Position numbers and translations under genes: made by a program. A DNA stretch of 64,000 nucleotides from Candidatus Sungiibacteriota bacterium (GTDB lineage Bacteria > Patescibacteriota > Minisyncoccia > Sungbacterales > HO2-52-23), in contig JACPYI010000023.1 in the NCBI GenBank assembly GCA_016196115.1, positions 1,348-65,347 of the forward strand. The letters are read 5' to 3'. Position 1 is the stretch's first letter. The number at the start of each line of letters is the position of its first letter. Shown piece after piece: positions 30,110-38,411 of this stretch. Below the pieces are notes generated by a model. It saw only the letters and a list, made by a program, of their open reading frames with translations, did not search any database and had not been told where the DNA came from.

Positions 30110-31149
30110 AGTTCGCGCACCGTTATCCATGAAGGGAACTCGGGCGTTTTTGGCACGGGACGGGAGTGGTCGAAAAATCGCGTCTCGACAAACTCGCGGG
30201 CAGGTTCGTTTTTCAACGTCTCGTGAAATGCGATCGTCATGCGCCGGGCTCCGGCTTCATGCGCGCGCTTCAGCATCACGCCAAGCATCGCATCCTCCAC
30301 GCCGCGCCCGAATACGCGGCAGCTCATGAGCAAAGAACGGATATGCCATTGGTCTTTCTTTTTATCCACCAATGCGAACGCAATCACGCCATGATCCCCG
30401 AACTTATCCTGAAGCCGCGCATGGAAAACCGCGCTATCCGGACTGGCCATGGCCTTGGCAATTTCGGTTTCCGTAAAAGGCATCTTGTTGGTATTGAATT
30501 GATTCGTTTTTTCCGTCAGCTGCGCCAGACGCGGCATGCAGGATCCGTCGTCTTCATGCACGAAAAGCTCGAGTGCCAGGCCGTGCAAAAAATCTTCTTT
30601 GTTCCCGTGCTTCTTTTCCTCTTCTTTGCGGAGACGCTCGGTAACGTAAAAATTTCCGCGCATCGTATCCTCGTCGGTTATCGCATGAGACGCGAAACAG
30701 TTGAGTGAATTCAAAAAACTGGCGTATTGGGACGGATCATGCGGCATATCCGGCGTTTCAACCTCGGGCACCAGCGCGCGCGCAAGTTCACGGTTGGTCG
30801 GGTCGTCGTCGAGAAACACCATCGCATCAAGGCCGATGTTCAGTTCCCGAGCAAGCTCACGCAAATTTTCGGCTTTGTCGTTCCAATTAATGCGGGCAGC
30901 CGCAAAATGATTTTCTTTTAAAATCATGTTGGGATGCTTCCGAATGACTTCCCATGCCTCATCCGGATTATTCCTGCTATTGATGGCCAAAATAACGCCC
31001 CGATGATAATGATCGAGAATCGCCTGCTGAAAAGCGATAAAGCCGCTGCCCGGAGGATCAAGCGAGAGCGCGATGTTTTTCATCCCGTCTTCGCCGACCA
31101 CGCCTCCCCACAGCGTATTATCAAGATCCAACACGAGACATTTCTTCAT
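30106..31149 (-). CDS. FkbH-like HAD-IIIC glyceryl transferase/phosphatase
   Basis: DLDNTLWGG, NSRN, INWNDK, FLDD, KTNQFN, DKFGDHG, LMSCRV.GRGVE. Confidence 0.92.
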   Translation of the reverse strand: MKKCLVLDLDNTLWGGVVGEDGMKNIALSLDPPGSGFIAFQQAILDHYHRGVILAINSRNNPDEAWEVIRKHPNMILKENHFAAARINWNDKAENLRELARELNIGLDAMVFLDDDPTNRELARALVPEVETPDMPHDPSQYASFLNSLNCFASHAITDEDTMRGNFYVTERLRKEEEKKHGNKEDFLHGLALELFVHEDDGSCMPRLAQLTEKTNQFNTNKMPFTETEIAKAMASPDSAVFHARLQDKFGDHGVIAFALVDKKKDQWHIRSLLMSCRVFGRGVEDAMLGVMLKRAHEAGARRMTIAFHETLKNEPAREFVETRFFDHSRPVPKTPEFPSWITVREL

Positions 31150-31173
31150 GGCATTGTCATGGTAACGCACATG

Positions 31174-31539
31174 TTAGCGCATTGCAACAGCCGCAGCCAT
31201 GGTGCGAGTATGGGCGATTGAAACCCGCACGGGAAGCTTGCGGCCGTTTTTCCACACATGCGGCGTGCCGTCTTTCGCATGGCGAATTTCCAGCTCCGCA
31301 AAAGGAAAGCGCGCCGTACCCAGCGCCTTGCTTGCCGCTTCCTTTGCCGCAAAAATACCGGCCAGGTGGATGCTTGGTTTTTTATATTGAAAACAATAGA
31401 GAATTTCACGCGCGGAAAAGACTTTTTTTAAGAACGCATGCCGCGGATTGCGGCTGAACCGGCGGAATCGGGAAACATCCACCAGGTCAATCCCGATGTT
31501 GCATGTTCCTTGCGCGGTGCGGCCTGACTGTGTAGCCAT
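31174..31539 (-). CDS. acpS: holo-ACP synthase (4'-phosphopantetheinyl transferase)
   Basis: IGIDLV, FSAREI, FAAKEAASKALG, VSIAH. Confidence 0.9.
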   Translation of the reverse strand: MATQSGRTAQGTCNIGIDLVDVSRFRRFSRNPRHAFLKKVFSAREILYCFQYKKPSIHLAGIFAAKEAASKALGTARFPFAELEIRHAKDGTPHVWKNGRKLPVRVSIAHTRTMAAAVAMR

Positions 31540-31543
31540 ACGA

Positions 31544-32569
31544 TCACCGATGAAAACTTTTCTGCCACTCAATGGTACGCGAGAGGCCTTCCGAAAACGG
31601 CGTAAAGGTCATTGTTTTCATTTCCCGCTTTATTTTGGTGAGGTTGAGTTTTACAAACCCCGGGTCTTTTCCGATGTGGATCAAGGAGGAGGAGCGGGAA
31701 GGGACACGATAGGGCACCCTGCATTGTTGTGCAATTTTTTTTGCAAGATTACGCACAGAGATGCTCTCTTGGCCTCCCACATTGTACACCATATCGCGGC
31801 CGTGCAATGCCACAAAAAGGATCATGGCAACGCTGTCGGCAACATAGCCGTATGTCTTGACTGATTTTCCCGCATCAAGCAGCGTGATATTTTTTTCGGT
31901 CAGGGCTTTGTGTATAAACTCGCTCATCACGCGCTTGTCTCCGGGCGGAAGCCCGGGGCCGTAGCTATGCGAGATGCGGACGATCTTGACATCCGCACCT
32001 TTGTCTCGCGTGTATGCCGCGCACAGCGCCTCGCCAAGCCGTTTTGATTCCGCATAGACGGACCGGGGCTTGTGCAGGGGGCAGTTACCGTTGAAATCCT
32101 CGCGAGTCGGGCGAAACTGCGCAGGGATATCGCCGTAGATTTCCGCAGAGCTGAAAAATAGAAATGTGGCGCGAGGCGATCCGTCCAATAATCTTTGCAC
32201 CGCGTCGGTGTTGACCGCGATCGTTGACCCTGGATCCGCAATGAACCGCGCGGGCTGACCATAGCCGGCAGCGTGAAAAATATAATCGTACCCGCTCAGA
32301 CGAAAAGGGCGCGACATGTCAATGCGCCGGTAGGAAATGCGCGGATCATCGGCGAGCAAATCCTTGAGGATTGATTTTGGCGCATGCAGGCCAACAGCAT
32401 GGATGGTGCAGTGCAGCTCCATTTCACGGTTGGCAAGCGAGAGTGTACTTACGATATGCTGCCCGAGAAATCCGCTTGCGCCGGTAATGAGAATCTTTTT
32501 ATTCCGAATTTTTTTGACATCCACCCGGCGCAAAATGTCGCGGCAATCGCGCTCAATAATGCTATTCAT
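31544..32569 (-). CDS. NAD-dependent epimerase/dehydratase/reductase
   Basis: TGASGFLG, HAAGYG, SSAEIYG, YAESK, YGPG. Confidence 0.85.
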   Translation of the reverse strand: MNSIIERDCRDILRRVDVKKIRNKKILITGASGFLGQHIVSTLSLANREMELHCTIHAVGLHAPKSILKDLLADDPRISYRRIDMSRPFRLSGYDYIFHAAGYGQPARFIADPGSTIAVNTDAVQRLLDGSPRATFLFFSSAEIYGDIPAQFRPTREDFNGNCPLHKPRSVYAESKRLGEALCAAYTRDKGADVKIVRISHSYGPGLPPGDKRVMSEFIHKALTEKNITLLDAGKSVKTYGYVADSVAMILFVALHGRDMVYNVGGQESISVRNLAKKIAQQCRVPYRVPSRSSSLIHIGKDPGFVKLNLTKIKREMKTMTFTPFSEGLSRTIEWQKSFHR

Positions 32570-34403
32570 GCGTTTCGGTTTTTTCGATTTTTGCATCGCC
32601 GCCCGGAAGCGGAGGGTTTTCCCATCCCTCGACCGGCTCTATGATCATATTTGTGCGAAATTCATCGCGGGGCAGGTACGGATACATGTCTTCAATGGGG
32701 GTGGCCCATCCGAACACGCGTGGCTCATAGGCATACCAGTCGCCGCAGTCAACATCGCAGATCAGAGGGCCGTCATAGGCAAGCGCTTCCTGGATCATCT
32801 TTCGCGCTTCATCGTTTCCGGTGAGCCGCCGGGCGGAAATGCCATATGCATCAACGATTTTTACAAAATCCGGAGTAACGTATCCTTTGGGGCCGGATGC
32901 CTCATAACGCCCCTCCACATTTGTTTCCTGAAACGCCCTGATGATGCCGTACATATGGTTATTCATGATAAACGTCTTCACCTTGATGCCGTAGGTACGC
33001 AGGGTCTGCACCTCCTGAATGTTCATGGTAAAACCGCCGTCTCCGATAATGCAGACGACATTTTGTTTTTTATCGGACGCAAACCACGCGCCCATGGCCC
33101 CACAGAAAGAAAAACCCATCGGTGAATTACCGTTGTTGGTGATATAGCGCTGCCCGTTTTTCGTCTCAAACGCATGATTGCCTGTTACGATATTTCCGCC
33201 GCAATCGGCAACAAGAATATCCCGTGCCTGCATCTCCTGCGACAAGATCCTCATGAACGCGTACGGATTCACGTGCTCATGAGACGCAAAAAATTCAGGA
33301 CGCACCGGATCATACTTGTCCTTCCATTCCAAGACCCGATTCGTCCACGACGATACGTCAGGCAGGGCAATACCGGTAAGTTTCTTTTCAAGGCGCTCAA
33401 GAAAAATTCTTGCATCGCATAAGATGCTCACGTCAAAAGGCACTTGCTGGAGTTTTTTCTGCACAAGTGCGGGATCAACATCCACCACGTATTTTTTTGC
33501 CGCGCGCGCAAATGTCTTTAGATTTCCTCCGGTGATGCGCCCCGATATCCGGCTACCCACCGCAAGCAGAAGATCGCTGTTTTGAAGGCCGAAATTACGC
33601 CCCCGTCCGCCGTATGTACCCACGCGCCCGCCGTAATACTCATAATCGGAAGGTACGACATCAAGCGCGTTCCATGTCGGAAACACGGGAATTTTGAGCA
33701 TGCGCCCCACCCGCTGCAGAAGCGCTTGGGCATGCGCAATGCCCACTCCTCCGCCGATCAGCATAACCGGACGTTTTGATTGCTGCAGATCGCTCAACAA
33801 CTCGTCTATCTTTTTATCAACCATCGCGATATCGTATGCTCCGCGGACTGCCTCGGCGTCAAATCCGACCATTTTTTCAGGATCCACCTCCACTTTCTGG
33901 AAATTCTGGGGAATATCAAGCAGCACCGGGCCGGGCCGGCCGTTGGTTGCAAAAAACATGGCTTTTTCGAGCTCATATTTTATGTCCTCTGGTCTGGCGA
34001 TAAGTTTTGCATACTTGGTGATGGGAGAGACGATTGCGACAATATCCGTCTCCTGGAATCCCACCTGGCGGATGGACGGATCCGAGCGCAGAAATTCCGA
34101 GTTGATCTGACCGGTTATGAAAATTGCCGGAACCGAGTCGTAGTAACAATTGCCGATGGGAGTTACCAAGTTCATGCCGCCGGGTCCGCTTGTTGCAATC
34201 GCAACTCCGGGCAGACCCTTGATCTTGGCATACCCTTCGGCCGCAAATCCGGCTGCCTGCTCGTGCATCGTTGCCACATATTGGGTTTTGTCCGTGCGCG
34301 TGAACGCGTCAATAAGGTACGCGTTGGCCGCGCCCGATACGACAAACATTTTGTCTATTCCGGCCTCTGCCAAATAGGTAATGACAAAATCGGCAAGTTT
34401 CAT
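32562..34403 (-). CDS. thiamine-diphosphate-dependent enzyme (acetolactate synthase fold, YerE-like)
   Basis: HEQAAGF, TSGPG, DSVP, FQE, GRPGPV, GDGG...NN. Confidence 0.88.
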   Translation of the reverse strand: MKLADFVITYLAEAGIDKMFVVSGAANAYLIDAFTRTDKTQYVATMHEQAAGFAAEGYAKIKGLPGVAIATSGPGGMNLVTPIGNCYYDSVPAIFITGQINSEFLRSDPSIRQVGFQETDIVAIVSPITKYAKLIARPEDIKYELEKAMFFATNGRPGPVLLDIPQNFQKVEVDPEKMVGFDAEAVRGAYDIAMVDKKIDELLSDLQQSKRPVMLIGGGVGIAHAQALLQRVGRMLKIPVFPTWNALDVVPSDYEYYGGRVGTYGGRGRNFGLQNSDLLLAVGSRISGRITGGNLKTFARAAKKYVVDVDPALVQKKLQQVPFDVSILCDARIFLERLEKKLTGIALPDVSSWTNRVLEWKDKYDPVRPEFFASHEHVNPYAFMRILSQEMQARDILVADCGGNIVTGNHAFETKNGQRYITNNGNSPMGFSFCGAMGAWFASDKKQNVVCIIGDGGFTMNIQEVQTLRTYGIKVKTFIMNNHMYGIIRAFQETNVEGRYEASGPKGYVTPDFVKIVDAYGISARRLTGNDEARKMIQEALAYDGPLICDVDCGDWYAYEPRVFGWATPIEDMYPYLPRDEFRTNMIIEPVEGWENPPLPGGDAKIEKTETHE

Positions 34404-34407
34404 ATGA

Positions 34408-35610
34408 TCATACTATGCTACCGCACAATGCGGCTTTGCGCAATCTCTGGCATCCTTCGCGGAGATTTTTTTCGGTGTTTGCGTAGCAGATCCGAACATA
34501 ATTTTTTCCGCAGGGACCGAATCCGGAACCCGGACATACGACCACGCCGTGTTCCTCCATGGCGTATTCCGTAAATGTATCTCCGTCCATGCCGGTCTTG
34601 GATACGTTGATCATCAGATAAAAAGCTCCGGCCGGTTTTGAAAATTCAAATTGCTTGATTTCTTCCAGCTCACCACAGGCAATATCGCGCAGCTTTTTAT
34701 ATTCCGCAAGGTACCGTCGGCTGAACTCGCGGCGGCGCTCAAGCGCGATCACGCATGCATCCTGCAAAAAAGGCGGGACGCACGAGACAATGGTCTGGGA
34801 GAGCAGAATTATTTTCTCAATCACCCGCTCCGGCCCCACGGCATATCCCACGCGCCATCCGGTCATGGCAAAGGGCTTTGAAAAACCATTGGTCACAATC
34901 ACGCGCTCGGCGCACGCATCAAGCACGCCGGGAGAAAAATGCGCGCCCTCGTATACCAGGCGCGAGTAGATCTCATCACTCAATATAAAAAGGTTATGAT
35001 CTTTGGCAAGCGCATATACTTTCGCAATGTCGCTTTTGGCGTATACGGCGCCGGTCGGATTTGCCGGAGAATTAAGCACGATCAGGCGCGTGTTGGGCGT
35101 GATACGTTTCTCAATCTCGGCCGGATCAAAGCGAAAATTATTTGTGTGCGTGACAGGCACGCGCACACCCTTGATCTTGAGCATCGCAAGCACGGCATTG
35201 TACGTGACAAACGCGGGATCGGTCAAAATCACCTCCTCTCCCGGATTCACGAGCACGGCAAGCGCATAATAAATCAAGGGGTTTGCGCCGGAGGTCACCA
35301 CGATTTGCGAAAGGGACGGGGTGAATTTAAAGTCCTCCTTCACTGCCTTTTGTATTGCCAGGCGCAGCGCGTATTCTCCGGACGAATCGCCGTAGTGAGT
35401 GCGCCCGGCTTTGAGCGCCGCAATCGCGCTTTTTTTCACTTCCGGCGGCATTTCAAGATGCGTGTCGCCTATTTCAAAATGGATCAGGTCTTTCCCCTGC
35501 CGCTCCAGATCCTTTGCCATTGCCAAAATCCGAAACATGGACTGTCCCGAAATCCTTTGCGCAAACCGTGAGAGCGGTATGGGTTCGTTTCTTTTCCGGA
35601 GATGCTTCAT
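34408..35610 (-). CDS. PLP-dependent aminotransferase class I/II
   Basis: NSPANPTG, SDEIY, NGFSKPFAMTGWRVGY. Start uncertain (35610-35646). Confidence 0.9.
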   Translation of the reverse strand: MKHLRKRNEPIPLSRFAQRISGQSMFRILAMAKDLERQGKDLIHFEIGDTHLEMPPEVKKSAIAALKAGRTHYGDSSGEYALRLAIQKAVKEDFKFTPSLSQIVVTSGANPLIYYALAVLVNPGEEVILTDPAFVTYNAVLAMLKIKGVRVPVTHTNNFRFDPAEIEKRITPNTRLIVLNSPANPTGAVYAKSDIAKVYALAKDHNLFILSDEIYSRLVYEGAHFSPGVLDACAERVIVTNGFSKPFAMTGWRVGYAVGPERVIEKIILLSQTIVSCVPPFLQDACVIALERRREFSRRYLAEYKKLRDIACGELEEIKQFEFSKPAGAFYLMINVSKTGMDGDTFTEYAMEEHGVVVCPGSGFGPCGKNYVRICYANTEKNLREGCQRLRKAALCGSIV

Positions 35611-35658
35611 TGCCGATAGCATACTATGATTCCCGTCAATAATCAAACGATCAAAAAA

Positions 35659-35679
35659 CCGGAAAAGTTACTTTTCCGG
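35659..35679. promoter_or_regulatory. perfect palindrome in a divergent intergenic region (candidate operator)
   Basis: CCGGAAAAG-TTA-CTTTTCCGG. Confidence 0.4.
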
Positions 35680-35735
35680 CATATCCTCTCCCAAAAAATA
35701 ACATAGAATCGCGGAAAAGGCAAATGACTCGAATC

Positions 35736-35764
35736 TTGTCACACTCGGCAGGTTGCGATACAAT
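35736..35764 (+). promoter_or_regulatory. sigma70-like promoter, probably giving a leaderless mRNA
   Basis: TTGTCA-17-TACAAT, with ATG 6 nt downstream. Confidence 0.55.
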
Positions 35765-35770
35765 TGTCTG

Positions 35771-36544
35771 ATGTGGTATGCATTTTCAGTGCGGATGCGC
35801 AACAATTCATTTTTCAAACGGGTCATACGCAAGGGCAGAAAGTTAGCCGGGCTCAAATATGACGATGCCGATAACGCAGAATTGGTAAAGAGATATGCGC
35901 CCGGAAAATCGTTTGCCGATATCGGCTGCATGTGGGGAGTGGACGGATTTTTTTCCTTTCTTGCCCAAGATCACGGCGCGGTAAGAGTGGTGGCGGTGGA
36001 TGTCTATCCGGAAAGCACGAAGTTTGCGGAAGAGCGGGCCAAGCGAAACTCCCGGATACGGTTCGTGCGGGGCGATATCAATCTCCCCGAGATAACGGAC
36101 GCGATAGGCGTATGCGACGTGGTGTTTTGTTCGGGCGTGTTATACCATACGCCGGATCCGGTTCATCTGCTCACGCGCCTGCGCGCAATATGCAGCCAGA
36201 CCCTTATCCTTAATACCGCCTCTATTCCGGAAATGCCGGGCATCAGAAACGGGGCTGTCTTTTACCCATTTGTTGATGAGAGACAGAGAAAAATGTGGAA
36301 TAAAGGCATCGGCAGCCAAAAAGCCATTACCGGACCGTACGAGCCGGAAAGCGGTTACGGAAATTGGTTTTGGGGCATGACGCCAAGCGCCATTGAGTCA
36401 ATGCTCCGGTGCGCCGGATTTGAAGCAGTGGAGCGTTATGTCTCTCCGTTCCACTGCGTATTGGTCTGCCGGACAACTCCGATCAAATTCGTCGCCGCAT
36501 CCGGAGAGTGGACCACCCCAAAAAGCGGCAACTCCCTGAGATAA
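35771..36544 (+). CDS. class I SAM-dependent methyltransferase
   Basis: FADIGCMWG, VAVD, GDI, CSGVLYH. Confidence 0.8.
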   Translation: MWYAFSVRMRNNSFFKRVIRKGRKLAGLKYDDADNAELVKRYAPGKSFADIGCMWGVDGFFSFLAQDHGAVRVVAVDVYPESTKFAEERAKRNSRIRFVRGDINLPEITDAIGVCDVVFCSGVLYHTPDPVHLLTRLRAICSQTLILNTASIPEMPGIRNGAVFYPFVDERQRKMWNKGIGSQKAITGPYEPESGYGNWFWGMTPSAIESMLRCAGFEAVERYVSPFHCVLVCRTTPIKFVAASGEWTTPKSGNSLR

Positions 36545-37371
36545 TGAGACAATTGATAAAAAATATTACCCCGCCAGTCGTCTACGCGTTTTTAAGGCGT
36601 ATGTTGCTCAAGCCAAAAGAATTCTCGCCCGTATGGAATACCCTCGCGTATGCGCCGATGGAAGGTATCCGGATCTTTTTTGATCCTGCCGGCCCATGGC
36701 AAAAAAAGATTATCGATAATACGTACGACTCGTTTCTTTTCGAACGATTGCATGCCGAGAATCTGCAGGGAAAGGTCATCTTTGACATCGGGGCGCACGT
36801 GGGGTTTCACTCTCTTTATTTTAGCCGGCTCGTCGGGCCCGAAGGAAAGGTCTGCGCATTTGAGCCCAATCCAAAAAATGTTGAACGGCTGAAATTGATC
36901 CGAGACGCGAATGAAGACGTAAAAAATATCATTTCCATCTTTGACGTTGCCGTGTCAGACTTCCCGGGTACCGAAAAGTTCAGTATGAACGAAGAGGTGG
37001 AAAGCGGGAGAAGTTCCGGGGGATTTATTGACACGGCTGATACTATATGGCCCAGACAGACATTTACACAAAGAGGGTTCACCGAGACAAACGTAAGAAC
37101 CGTCCCCATTGATCTTTTGAAAGAGGAGCTTGGAATTCCGGAAGCTCCGGACATTATCAAAATAGACGTTGAAGGCGCCGAACACCTTGTCCTCTCCGGC
37201 GCAAAGCATACGCTCGCAACAAAAAAACCGATTCTTTTTTTAGAAATTCACTCCATGCTCAATATGTTTTATGTCGTGTCGCTGCTCTCTTCACTTTCGT
37301 ACGAATTAAAAATCCTGAAACAGGAAAGCGATGGACGATGCTTTTTGGAAGCCCGCCCGAGAAACATATGA
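36544..37371 (+). CDS. FkbM family methyltransferase
   Basis: DIGAHVG, FEPN, KIDVEGAE. Confidence 0.9.
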   Translation: MRQLIKNITPPVVYAFLRRMLLKPKEFSPVWNTLAYAPMEGIRIFFDPAGPWQKKIIDNTYDSFLFERLHAENLQGKVIFDIGAHVGFHSLYFSRLVGPEGKVCAFEPNPKNVERLKLIRDANEDVKNIISIFDVAVSDFPGTEKFSMNEEVESGRSSGGFIDTADTIWPRQTFTQRGFTETNVRTVPIDLLKEELGIPEAPDIIKIDVEGAEHLVLSGAKHTLATKKPILFLEIHSMLNMFYVVSLLSSLSYELKILKQESDGRCFLEARPRNI

Positions 37372-38300
37372 GAAAAGCAGTAATTCTGAACGCCTCCGGC
37401 AATGAGCTTGCCAACCAACTGTGGAACTACGCAAGCATATACGCCTATACGCTTGAGCGCGGTCTTGTGCTTGAAAACCCCTCTTTTTTCGAATACGGCA
37501 ATTATTTTACTATGCCCCCGCCGAATATTTTTTTCAAATTGGCTTTTTTTCTTCCATTCACCGATTACACGAAACGCAAGCAATCTTTCAAACGGCGGCT
37601 CTGGAGAAAGTTCTACCGTTGGTATTCAAAAGCAATTACCTACGCACACAAAACAGCAGTCATCACTTCCGACAATAAGGACAAACTTCCGTTCTATCTC
37701 GCTCCGACACGCGAGAACGAAAAACTTTCACGCCTTGAACAGTCCGCCGACACCATTTATTTTGACGGGTGGCTCTTCAGAAATCCCGTTGGCCTGCAGA
37801 AATACAGAAAAGAAATAACGGAATACTTCAAACCGCGCACAGACATTGAAAAAGCGGCGGAAACCACGATAAAAAATCTGCGAGAAACATTTAAGAATAT
37901 CATTGGTGTTCATATCCGCCAAGGCGACTATGCCACATGGCGGGGAGGCACCTATTTTATTCCCCAGACACGAGTACGGGAAATTATGGACGAATATCTC
38001 GCGATAACCGATAAAAACGCATCAGAAGCATGCTTTGTCATCACATCAGACGGAATCATTGATACTTCCTTATTCAATAGATTACATATTTCAGTAAGCA
38101 GGAAAAACGCCGCGCATGATCTGTTGCTCCTTTCCAAAACCGACATCATTATCGGATCAAACAGCACATTCGGCGCTTTTGCCTCCTACTACGGAAATAG
38201 AGCATACGCAGTAATGCAGAAAGGGCCGATGGACTGGAATTATTATAAGGATAAAAAGAACTATTTTGAGAATAAATATGCGACTTTCGTCTATTATTGA
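37368..38300 (+). CDS. GT11 alpha-1,2-fucosyltransferase-like protein (divergent)
   Basis: ELANQLW, GVHIRQGDY, TSD, SNSTF. Confidence 0.8.
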   Translation: MRKAVILNASGNELANQLWNYASIYAYTLERGLVLENPSFFEYGNYFTMPPPNIFFKLAFFLPFTDYTKRKQSFKRRLWRKFYRWYSKAITYAHKTAVITSDNKDKLPFYLAPTRENEKLSRLEQSADTIYFDGWLFRNPVGLQKYRKEITEYFKPRTDIEKAAETTIKNLRETFKNIIGVHIRQGDYATWRGGTYFIPQTRVREIMDEYLAITDKNASEACFVITSDGIIDTSLFNRLHISVSRKNAAHDLLLLSKTDIIIGSNSTFGAFASYYGNRAYAVMQKGPMDWNYYKDKKNYFENKYATFVYY

Positions 38301-38411
38301 TTTTGTGGCATGGCTGGCACCTTTATCTTCTCATAAGCAGACAAAAAAATCAAAAAAACGGCCTTGCCATGCGGTCGCGGCAAGGATATACTGAGAGACA
38401 AGCATACATTC

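Noticed and set aside
28680-31539. Fatty-acid or polyketide synthase cluster
   Set aside because: No ketosynthase, malonyl transferase or ACC in the window; the context points to acyl transfer via MBOAT.
32562-34403. Housekeeping ilvB
   Set aside because: No regulatory subunit or other ilv genes; embedded among NDP-sugar enzymes.
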